Notes under the pieces: model-generated
What the model saw: only the letters and a program-made list of their open reading frames with translations
What the model was told of the DNA's origin: nothing
The model's database searches: none
From: Oculina patagonica
Taxonomy: Eukaryota
Length of the DNA stretch: 64,000 nt
Assembly (NCBI RefSeq): GCF_052425735.1
Contig: NC_135760.1
Span: 13,392,001-13,456,000 of the forward strand
Reading direction: 5' to 3'
Translations under genes and position numbers: made by a program
Shown: one piece after another, positions 26,801-35,058 of the stretch
Layout: each line of letters opens with the position of its first letter
Numbering within the stretch: position 1 is the first letter of the stretch

Positions 26801-27627
26801 CCGATTTTTTGATCCTTTGAGGGTATTTATCTTGGGGATTAAGATGCCTGATATGGCACCAACGGAAGCATTCATTATCCTCATTTTTCATGTTAATCAA
26901 TCCTTTTGCGCTGTTTCTAAGTTCTTGAGGAAGCCGAATATATGAGGAGCCTTTCATTGGTTCATATTTCACTATATTAAGATAGTGACCATCAACAGAT
27001 TGCAATAGCCCAGCCCGAGCCTTCTGATATCCACTGAGCTACGAAATTTAAGATTTGTTGTTTTGATTTTTGTAGCGATTCAGCAATCTCCATACTATTG
27101 ATGATTGTTTGAGGTTTGCTGTTGAAATAGGCTGTTTTATAAATAATGTCATCACCAGACATCTTTGAAAATGTTACCTTCAGCGTTTCAACAAATTTGA
27201 TTCCCTTTATAGCTATAAGGGTTTTTATGATATGATATTCAACAGCTTTCCTTGTGTTTTGTAGTTGTAATAACGGGTCTTTGTTATGTTTTATACCAAT
27301 TTCAAAAGACTTTGTGTAGCCTTTCATAGCTTTAGCAACTTCCTCTATCTTAGTCCTTGGTAATGGAATTGGGTTTTGTTTTATAGTCCTAGGCATTGGT
27401 ATAGGCTTGTAATCATCCCTAAATTCAGGAGGTGGTTGAATGATATTTTCCTCATAATCCTGCACCATCTGTTTTACACTCTTACGAGGAGTTGGGATTG
27501 GTGGCCTAGGTTTGTAAACTCTTGGTTGGTTTGCTTTTAGTGATAATACTAGTTTTATGAGTTCAGTTTTAGATAATTTTTCTAGATCTAATTCATTCAT
27601 ATTAATATATGAGATATTTTTTTCCAT
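23871..27627 (-). CDS. polB: Protein-primed family B DNA polymerase, split into ORFs 26992-27627 and 23871-27005 by a 1-nt insertion at ~27003; ~1251 aa if repaired
   Basis: Exonuclease motifs YADFE, FHNLRGYD and YLKSDV; polymerase motifs YLDANNLYG, KLMNNSVYGK and FTDTDS. An EndoVII-like insert CHIC...VRDHCHITGKYRGSAHQECN and a C2H2 finger CMYC...HKDNC are present. Removing base 27003 gives a continuous EGSGWAIQSVDGHYLN. Confidence 0.95.
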
Positions 27628-27793
27628 TTTTGTGTACTATATAGAATTACCATTTCTTTAAGTCCTTTATAGTAAAAATTATTTTTTAGATTTTTTTGGT
27701 GCGTTTAAAAGATAACCAGAAATAAATATATTTTTGGTCACCTAAGGCAACAGATAACAGCAATTCATATATACTGTGCTATACAATATATAA

Positions 27794-28033
27794 TTATATA
27801 ATATTGCTTTCTATGTTTTCAGCTGGTATTATGTTGTATTGGTCTTCATTAGCCTTGATAACAGTATTTTTAATATGCTTCTTGGTCCTTATGTGAGAGT
27901 GCTTTCCAGCGAGCGTGTAGTCATGTTGACATGCATCACATATCCATGATTTGTTTAGCATATATCTGGTCTTGCTTTCCTTAATAGCGTTTTGTCTGTC
28001 TTCTTCATTATCGTATTTTTTATTTCGTCCCAT
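27794..28033 (-). CDS. Small C2H2-type zinc-finger protein
   Basis: CDACQHDYTLAGKHSHIRTKKH (C-x2-C...H-x5-H); AT-rich leader. Confidence 0.7.
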   Translation of the reverse strand: MGRNKKYDNEEDRQNAIKESKTRYMLNKSWICDACQHDYTLAGKHSHIRTKKHIKNTVIKANEDQYNIIPAENIESNII

Positions 28034-28153
28034 TATATATACTATATATTATTTCCTTAAGTGTTTTTTATAGTGCGTTTAAAACTGGAAATATCAAAAT
28101 TAACGTACTATAAAAAGTGACTTAAAGAATTGTTATATAGTATAATTATATAG

Positions 28154-28468
28154 ATGAACAAACAACTGGTTGAAATGGAAACAATCGAGATGCTGGATGA
28201 TATATGGTTTATCCATAGCTTATATCCAAGTTGGGGTGCTAATGAGTCTGGTGATATTCTTTATATTGCCAAGAGGAAAATTTTGAAACCAAAAATGACT
28301 GATTCAGGAATGGTATTTAACGTTAGCAATGGGCATGGTTTTAGGCTATATCAAGTCGATAAATTCGTTTTTGAGGTTTTTAATGATATTGAATCAGTTG
28401 ATGGTGATATCATTCATATAGACGGTGATATAACCAATAACAGCTTTCTTAATTTGAAGCTTGTATAA
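28154..28468 (+). CDS. NUMOD4/HNH homing-endonuclease-like protein, possibly degenerate
   Basis: N-terminal HSLYPSWGANESGDI..KILK and C-terminal VDKFVFEVF...IIHIDGDITNNSFLNLKLV match the HNH_3 pattern VHRxVxxxF...DHIDGxxxNNxxxNL. Confidence 0.65.
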   Translation: MNKQLVEMETIEMLDDIWFIHSLYPSWGANESGDILYIAKRKILKPKMTDSGMVFNVSNGHGFRLYQVDKFVFEVFNDIESVDGDIIHIDGDITNNSFLNLKLV

Positions 28469-28576
28469 TATTAATAATTTGGTTTGCTTACACAGCTTTT
28501 ATGGTATATAAATATATTCTTTATATTTATGCCTTGTTGTAGTAGCATAAAAATAAATCTTACATATTAGTATATA

Positions 28577-28726
28577 ATGTCTTGTAATTCACAAATTCAC
28601 GATGAATTAAAGAATATTGAAGAGTTTTCATGTCGTTATTGTGATCAACTATTAGTGGAAGGCGATATTGCCTTGAATCATCTTTATATAAATATATTTA
28701 TATATGAGATGTTTTGTGATACATAG
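28577..28726 (+). pseudogene. Truncated paralog of the N-terminus of the downstream VLTF3-like gene
   Basis: MSCNSQIHDELKNIEEFSCRYCDQLLVEGD aligns with MRCFVIHSDLKIMGEGSCIFCNELLYTGD of ORF 28704, then degenerates and stops at 28724-28726. Confidence 0.7.
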
Positions 28727-29342
28727 CGATTTAAAAATAATGGGTGAGGGTTCTTGTATTTTTTGCAATGAGTTATTATATACAGGCGATAAAGTTGTTG
28801 ATCATTGCTGTGATAAACCTGATATTTTGGAAGATGCATATATGAAAGTATGCCAAAATTGTGGGACTCAGAATTATAAATATGTTAGCGAGTATTTTGA
28901 TTTTTACGAGAACAGACACAAGATATGGCGTAAAAGCATCTATCATCGTAAATACCATATTGAGAATGTTTTAAACGATTTATGTATTAAAAATGGAGTT
29001 CAATTGTCTCATAATCATCGCGATAAGATTTACAAAGTGTTTCATGAGATCGATACTATTCTTCCATCTATAAATAAAAGAAGAAAGAGGATGATCTCAA
29101 CGAAATATATTATAAGACAGTTGTTTAAAATGCTCGGTATACCATACAATTTTATCTGTGTTACTGAATCAAAAAAAACGCGAGCTTTTAATGATCGGTA
29201 TTGGGGTAATATTTTAGAATTGAAAAATCGTCCCAGATCGTGCGGCTTATTCAGTAAATTTATTATCATATTTTACCATATACCGATCTATTATTGGGCC
29301 GTTATCGCATATGTAGTCGTCAATGCTTTTCATTGTATTTAG
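28704..29342 (+). CDS. Cys-rich protein resembling poxvirus/NCLDV late transcription factor VLTF3 (A2L); its C-terminal end probably reads through into the neighbouring gene
   Basis: Zn-ribbon CCDKP...VCQNCG; YHRKYHIENVL (cf. YxRxxHFxExL); RKRMISTKYIIRQLFKMLG...ESKKTRAFNDRYWGNI (cf. RKNFLxYxYVLxKL...KSxxKxxxxDxIWxxI). Confidence 0.55.
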   Translation: MRCFVIHSDLKIMGEGSCIFCNELLYTGDKVVDHCCDKPDILEDAYMKVCQNCGTQNYKYVSEYFDFYENRHKIWRKSIYHRKYHIENVLNDLCIKNGVQLSHNHRDKIYKVFHEIDTILPSINKRRKRMISTKYIIRQLFKMLGIPYNFICVTESKKTRAFNDRYWGNILELKNRPRSCGLFSKFIIIFYHIPIYYWAVIAYVVVNAFHCI

Positions 29343-29746
29343 GATGCTAGACGGATTATAATTGCCACCCGTTCTCATAGTAACTTTAATAGAGTGTCAA
29401 AAGGTGTATGCATATAGGTTTGGGATGCATATATGGAGTTATGAATTTTTAGATCGAGATTTTTATGATCATCAAAGCCTTGAATTAATAACGAAATTGT
29501 AGTTATTGTAACCAAAGCAATACCACCTGTAGCTATAGAGGAGGCAAGGAAGCCGCTTGATGCAAAGAGGATAGACAATGAATTCCCTAATAACTTCCAT
29601 TTTTTGAAACGTTTAACAGCCTGCTTATAAGCCCAACATTTTCGATGATATGTTTGATAATAAGCTTTCAATTCTATAATTTGGTCTTCAGTAAGTTCGC
29701 TTGATATATGGTTCCATGTAAATATGCATTTTCGATGTTTAGTCAT
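29247..29746 (-). CDS. Two-TM membrane protein with a frameshift near 29395-29410; the C-terminus SIKVTMRTGG...KYDNKFTE* is in another frame
   Basis: Hydrophobic hairpin LLGNSLSILFASSG...GGIALVTITTISLLIQG. A stop-free continuation in a shifted frame ends with a stop at 29247-29249. Confidence 0.6.
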
Positions 29747-29778
29747 ATATATTAGTTATATATGATTTTTTTGCTTTA

Positions 29779-29895
29779 TTATTTTGTCATTTTAGCATTG
29801 CGCTTGTTCTTTATTGTGTAATACAGCTTCCTTATGTTTTGAATTAATCTCTCAATAGAATCAATAATATTGCTAACCAATTTCACTGTTTTCAT
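29779..29895 (-). CDS. Possible 38-aa basic amphipathic micro-ORF (MKTVKLVSNIIDSIERLIQNIRKLYY...)
   Basis: Fills the gap between two co-oriented genes and has an AT-rich TATATG start context. Confidence 0.35.
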   Translation of the reverse strand: MKTVKLVSNIIDSIERLIQNIRKLYYTIKNKRNAKMTK

Positions 29896-29932
29896 ATAAT
29901 TTAATTAGATAAAATCGTTGGAGTTAGATAAT

Positions 29933-31978
29933 TTATTGGAAGAATACAGCCTTTGTTTTATCTAAAAATTGGATTTTATGATACTCTCTACCATTTATCG
30001 GATATGCAGTTTTACTAAAAGCGATTCTTTGTACATAGTAATCTGAACTGATTTTAATGTTGGATGCATTGATATTAAACCTAGACAATGTTTGATCAAT
30101 ACTCATAGCATTATTGCAAACAGCGATTCTAAATTGATTTCCTATTTTAGTATACCAGAGATTCAAATATTTATCAAAATATGTTCCTCTTATTTGCTCT
30201 GTATATGAATCTAGATCATAATCGATGAATAGCTTATTATGCTCCACTTTAACCCACGGAAAACTAAAACTATCACCCTCGATAAATTCAATTTTAATCC
30301 TTTTATTATCACTGGGCTTATAGTCATATTTAAATGCCATATATATAGTCCAGTCATTGGATTCAGTGATATTTTCATTTAAATTAATTTCGAAACCACT
30401 CATAAAGCCGTTTTTTGGATCAAAATCTTCTAACAATTTTGTGGGATTAAAGACAAGATTGCCATTTAATCCAGACACTACAGCACCGTTACTATCTGAC
30501 ATGATGAATTCAGATGGATCCGTTAGATCATAAAAATACTCGAAAATTTTATGGTAATAGCTGATGTTTCTTTTCTTATCCATTTTTAATTCAAGATCAG
30601 ACTTCAAATTGTCCCGAAAATTTTTTAACTGTTCAAAATTAACAGCTTGGTCATTAGTAGTAGCTGGTTTAATACCATAAATAGCCTTTGTTTTCATATC
30701 AATCGATGCATTGAAAGCTATTCTATCATTTTCAACATAATATAGCTGATCGTATATCCTAGGATCAACGTTACTCTGATAACCTTTTATTCCATAAATC
30801 ACGATATATGTTTGTAATTTTGGGACATATGCGTTCCCTGATTTCATCTTTAAAACGATATCAACATAGAGATAATTATTAGGATGTTGCTGATATTTAT
30901 TAATTTGTGCTATTGTTCGACTATATCCATCATAAACTCGCGTAGTTGATTTGTCGATGTTGTCGATTGATGATACAATATCGATATCTAGACTATCATG
31001 ATCTATTTCAGCTGGAAAAAATAGCTCGAAAACCATTGTGTATCGATTGATTGGTAAACTATATACATTGATACCTAATCTGCTTGAGTAGTATCCTTTA
31101 TTGTTGTCAAGTACCAGCTTACTGTCTACAACTTTCGTATTGATCTTATGGTATGAATTCGGATGATCGATTAAACTGCCTAACTTTATATCATCTTCCT
31201 CGCTTAATTGATTGATACTATCGGCCATTATATGGGCAAACGTGTTTTCTTGGCCAACGGAAGTTATATGACTGCTATCAACATGATCAAGCATATATTT
31301 TTTGTTTACAGCGTCTGTATCATTGGTTGGGATTTTTAGATGGGTTATATTATACCCACCCATATGGAGATTTGCCTGCATCATGTTACTACCGTGAATA
31401 TCAAGCTTGCTTAGAATTTTTTGAGTCAAAACGCGTCCTACGACCTTCTTTAAAAAACTGTTATCAACGTACGATTTGTCTGCTTTGTTTTGAAGGCTTT
31501 GAGCTAAGACACCTCCTGATTTCTTCGTTAAATATGTATTATCAGCGTACGATTTGTCAGCCTTAGTAGCAAGTTTGGTATCAATTTCAGTCCTTACTTT
31601 GTTATCCTCAACACTAACATAGCCTACGTTTGGTACAGATCGATCGTTATATAAAGTTGGATAATACACTTCGGTATTTTGCAATGAAAGGCCGGCACAA
31701 TCAAACACTGTTTCATTTCTGTTCTTTTTAAGGAAGAATTGGTTAAGATATCGTTTATTTACGGCCGTCTCGAGATCCCTTGAATAATTTTCAATTGAAT
31801 CATCGATCGCAACGTCATCAGGCGTTTTTAGCCCTATTACTCTCTTTTTGTTCAAATTGAAATTACCTTCAGGCGTAACATCAAAGCCGACTCCTGGGTC
31901 ACCCTTTTCACCTCGAGGCCCTTTAATTGGCGTAATATTAGTGTTATTTGATTGTAATAAACCGTTTGAGTAACTCAT
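29933..31978 (-). CDS. Putative fiber/spike (receptor-binding) protein
   Basis: Collagen-like GPRGEKGDPG; three neck-like repeats (TAVNKRY, DAVNKKY, QAVNFEQ); a 26-aa tandem KADKSY repeat; beta-rich C-terminal domains. Confidence 0.65.
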   Translation of the reverse strand: MSYSNGLLQSNNTNITPIKGPRGEKGDPGVGFDVTPEGNFNLNKKRVIGLKTPDDVAIDDSIENYSRDLETAVNKRYLNQFFLKKNRNETVFDCAGLSLQNTEVYYPTLYNDRSVPNVGYVSVEDNKVRTEIDTKLATKADKSYADNTYLTKKSGGVLAQSLQNKADKSYVDNSFLKKVVGRVLTQKILSKLDIHGSNMMQANLHMGGYNITHLKIPTNDTDAVNKKYMLDHVDSSHITSVGQENTFAHIMADSINQLSEEDDIKLGSLIDHPNSYHKINTKVVDSKLVLDNNKGYYSSRLGINVYSLPINRYTMVFELFFPAEIDHDSLDIDIVSSIDNIDKSTTRVYDGYSRTIAQINKYQQHPNNYLYVDIVLKMKSGNAYVPKLQTYIVIYGIKGYQSNVDPRIYDQLYYVENDRIAFNASIDMKTKAIYGIKPATTNDQAVNFEQLKNFRDNLKSDLELKMDKKRNISYYHKIFEYFYDLTDPSEFIMSDSNGAVVSGLNGNLVFNPTKLLEDFDPKNGFMSGFEINLNENITESNDWTIYMAFKYDYKPSDNKRIKIEFIEGDSFSFPWVKVEHNKLFIDYDLDSYTEQIRGTYFDKYLNLWYTKIGNQFRIAVCNNAMSIDQTLSRFNINASNIKISSDYYVQRIAFSKTAYPINGREYHKIQFLDKTKAVFFQ

Positions 31979-32002
31979 ATTATATCAATCAGTTATATTA
32001 TA

Positions 32003-32644
32003 TTATATTTTTTCATTGAAATTCTTAGTTACGAATTTTCGTGGCTTATCAATATATAAAAAGCTAAATGGGTCTGCAGTTGCTTTGAGATAGTCGTTTT
32101 TACTGATTCCAAGTTCTCTGCAAATCATTCCTTGTTCATTATTAGATGGGAATTCGAAAATACAGTGATGAGTACAATTTAATCTGATTGTTTTATCGGT
32201 ATTATAATAGCTTTGAGATAAATAAATGCAACTGCAATTTTTATTTCTTGAATTTGTAAAATAGTTGCGTATTTCGCTATCATTTTTTGATCCCGTATTG
32301 AGATAATCGTCAAAGATGACTAGTTTTTGTCCTTCATCTGATATTTTATCAAGCGGTATTATTTTATCATTACTTGCTTCAATAACAGAATAACCAGCCT
32401 CTTGATTAAGGGGTTCAAAGGTATTGAAAAGATGTTGATATTTTGATTGTTGAAGATTTTTCCCATACAAATATATTTTATCATAAAACAATAGCCGATA
32501 TATCATATCAAGTAAAAGGTTTGATTTACCTCCGCCTGATGGTGATGAAATCAGCATCCGGAAACATTGATTTGGCATGAAATCGTATAGTTGTCTAAAG
32601 TTTGAGGCCATATCGTCTTCAGTGTCATAATTCGGTATTCTCAT
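32003..32644 (-). CDS. A32/FtsK-HerA-type genome packaging ATPase
   Basis: Walker A SPSGGGKS, Walker B LVIFDD, and downstream SRNKNCSCIYLSQSY and IRLN. Confidence 0.9.
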   Translation of the reverse strand: MRIPNYDTEDDMASNFRQLYDFMPNQCFRMLISSPSGGGKSNLLLDMIYRLLFYDKIYLYGKNLQQSKYQHLFNTFEPLNQEAGYSVIEASNDKIIPLDKISDEGQKLVIFDDYLNTGSKNDSEIRNYFTNSRNKNCSCIYLSQSYYNTDKTIRLNCTHHCIFEFPSNNEQGMICRELGISKNDYLKATADPFSFLYIDKPRKFVTKNFNEKI

Positions 32645-32780
32645 TATATTATATGGGTATATTATTTTCAGTTCAACAAGGTGTTCAACACGGTGTACAT
32701 CAAGGTGTTAAACGCTATGTTAAATGTTGATTTTTATATTCAATTTTCATTTTTTATGTAACGTAATAATATAAAATAAA

Positions 32781-33791
32781 ATGAGTTTACTTAGATGGAA
32801 AGAGCTTGCAAAGAGTAAATCTGATTTGGGCGATAAAATCAATTATGTTAAAAATGCAATCACACAAAATAATATCGGTCAGCAGACAAGCCAAGAGTCA
32901 TTTTCGAAGGTATTCAAACCAGTGACAAGTAAATTAGATGATGTAATTAAAAGTAATTTGCAGATAGCAAAAGTACCCAAAAAGCGTGTCAAAAAGGGGA
33001 TGAGAGGTGAAATGGAAGCTCCAGATTACTATCCTGAAGTTGATCCTTTTGAGGATATGGACGTAGATAATTTATTTGATGAGCCTGTAATGCCACAAAA
33101 TGAAAAACAGATTGTACCGAAACCACCAACATATGAAGAATCTTTAAAAGATCTTTTAGAAGGAAATAAGGAGATTTTTGTTGATCCCCAATATTTTCCT
33201 GAATATGAAGATGAATTACCTCCTGAATACGATGAGGATGAAATTGATTATGCTTTAGATGCTGATGATGAAGTAAGTGAAATACTAGAAGACGTTGGTA
33301 TCGACGATTATGATGTAGTGCAAATGAAATTAGATCAGCCTGAAATGACACCAAAAAAAACCAAGAACTATCTTAATAAGATTTTAGAGAAAGCCAAATA
33401 TAAACGGAGACAATTGAAAGGTTTCAAGGCGAATGTTACTAAAGAATATAATAGGGGAACTATATCTGAAGCGGAAAGACAGATTAAAAATAAGAGAATA
33501 AGCAATGCAAGAGTTGCATTAAATGACTACATAAATCATTACGAAAGTAAAGCCAAAACGATAAAAGGTTCTGGTATTCGAAAAAATCAGAAAGGTGGAA
33601 ATGTTATATTTTTTAACGATGTAAAACAGCTTCTCAAAAAATTGGAATTGATCATCGGTTCAATAAACGCAGGAAACACATCAGTTAAAATGCGAAATAT
33701 GGGAGTCGCTATATTAGACACACTTTTAAAAAGGTCTACTATAAATAAACAACAATATAAACAGATATATAATCTGTACTTTAAAGTCTAA
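32781..33791 (+). CDS. Conserved Polinton protein of unknown function (acidic centre, two PPxY motifs, C-terminal LIIGSINAGN motif)
   Basis: First gene of the co-oriented morphogenesis cluster. The LxLxxGSxxAGN motif recurs in Polinton proteins. It contains a candidate protease site, IKGS/G. Confidence 0.65.
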   Translation: MSLLRWKELAKSKSDLGDKINYVKNAITQNNIGQQTSQESFSKVFKPVTSKLDDVIKSNLQIAKVPKKRVKKGMRGEMEAPDYYPEVDPFEDMDVDNLFDEPVMPQNEKQIVPKPPTYEESLKDLLEGNKEIFVDPQYFPEYEDELPPEYDEDEIDYALDADDEVSEILEDVGIDDYDVVQMKLDQPEMTPKKTKNYLNKILEKAKYKRRQLKGFKANVTKEYNRGTISEAERQIKNKRISNARVALNDYINHYESKAKTIKGSGIRKNQKGGNVIFFNDVKQLLKKLELIIGSINAGNTSVKMRNMGVAILDTLLKRSTINKQQYKQIYNLYFKV

Positions 33792-33813
33792 TTTATGTAA
33801 CTGTATTATATAT

Positions 33814-34572
33814 ATGGATCGTGAGTTAGTATTATCATCATATAGTGTTAAAAATCAAGGGAATAACACTCCTCAAAATTTTACAACTAAATTCAACAGG
33901 CCTATAACATTGGATAGCAATTACCAATATATGATAGGTCTCAATCGTATTATTAACATGTCATTTACATGGTTTAATGTAAATCCCTCATATGGTAATC
34001 AGCTGATTAAATATAGTTCAGATAATGGGAATAAATTTGAAGACATAACTTTCCCTGCAGGTGTTTGGAATTATTCTGAATTTGATGAATATATTAAAGA
34101 GATTACTAAGACGGGGGATGATGATAACCCTATATATCCCATCTCTATTGATTTTGATTCAACAACATTCCGAGTCACAATCACTTTATCTCAAAATTAT
34201 CAACTTGATTTGACGCATAGCAATTTCAACGACCTTATAGGGTTTGATAAAAAGGTATTAAAGGATGCGGTTAATATTGGTCCAAGAGTCCCAAATCTAA
34301 GCCAAGATACCGATATATTAAATGTACATTGCGATCTAGTCAATACTTCTTTAGTCGATGGCGAAGAGTCGGATATCATTTATACTTTTTCGACCAGCGT
34401 ACTACAGCCGAGTTATTCGTTTACAATCGAGCCTCGTAGGGTCACATATAACCCGGTTAATAAGCAACAGATAAGTAGCATTCGAATATACATCACAGAT
34501 GGGAAGAGACGGTTAATTAACCTGAATGGAGCGGATACGTCTTTTTCATTAATTTTGAAAAGGATAGAATAA
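33814..34572 (+). CDS. Minor capsid protein (penton, single jelly-roll)
   Basis: NTPQNFTTKFNRPITL, LNVHCDLV and ISSIRIYITDGKRRLINLNG motifs; position upstream of the MCP. Confidence 0.85.
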   Translation: MDRELVLSSYSVKNQGNNTPQNFTTKFNRPITLDSNYQYMIGLNRIINMSFTWFNVNPSYGNQLIKYSSDNGNKFEDITFPAGVWNYSEFDEYIKEITKTGDDDNPIYPISIDFDSTTFRVTITLSQNYQLDLTHSNFNDLIGFDKKVLKDAVNIGPRVPNLSQDTDILNVHCDLVNTSLVDGEESDIIYTFSTSVLQPSYSFTIEPRRVTYNPVNKQQISSIRIYITDGKRRLINLNGADTSFSLILKRIE

Positions 34573-34591
34573 TATAACATAATAGTATATA

Positions 34592-34993
34592 ATGAAACCA
34601 TATGAATTCAAGAGGTTTTACCATCCAAAATTTGGTAAATTTGTATATAAGCACAAAGGGTCAGGGATTATCGTTGATAACATTTTCAAACCGATGAAGA
34701 GTGTTATGTCGTCTGTTGTTAAAAAAATTGTCAAGCCCTTAGGTAAGAAGGCAATAAAATCAGGTATTTCTCATGCAGGTGATAAACTGGGTAAAAGGGC
34801 ATCAGAAAAAGCCGGAGACCTTATAATGGAAAGGCTAAGGAATATGAGGAAGGGAAATGCTGGGCAAAAGTCACTATCCCCAATCTTACAGAAAGTAAAT
34901 GCCTCACCTGTCAGACACCAACAGAAAAATGAAAGTACTGATATGATCATTAATAGATTAATATCAGGATCAGGTGTAAAAAGAAGGCGTTGA
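34592..34993 (+). CDS. Basic amphipathic virion protein, adenovirus pVI-like (membrane-lytic candidate)
   Basis: KGS/G followed by the amphipathic helix IIVDNIFKPMKSVMSSVVKKIVKPLGKKAI; C-terminal ISGS/GVKRRR; lies directly upstream of the MCP. Confidence 0.55.
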   Translation: MKPYEFKRFYHPKFGKFVYKHKGSGIIVDNIFKPMKSVMSSVVKKIVKPLGKKAIKSGISHAGDKLGKRASEKAGDLIMERLRNMRKGNAGQKSLSPILQKVNASPVRHQQKNESTDMIINRLISGSGVKRRR

Positions 34994-35058
34994 GTAAAAT
35001 GAATAAAATGATTAAAAAAATTGGTACATAATTGCAAAATTATGTAACATAATAATAT

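Noticed and set aside
26995-27010. polB split as a programmed frameshift
   Set aside because: There is no slippery heptamer or downstream structure, and the break falls inside a normally continuous motif; a mutation or sequencing error is more likely.
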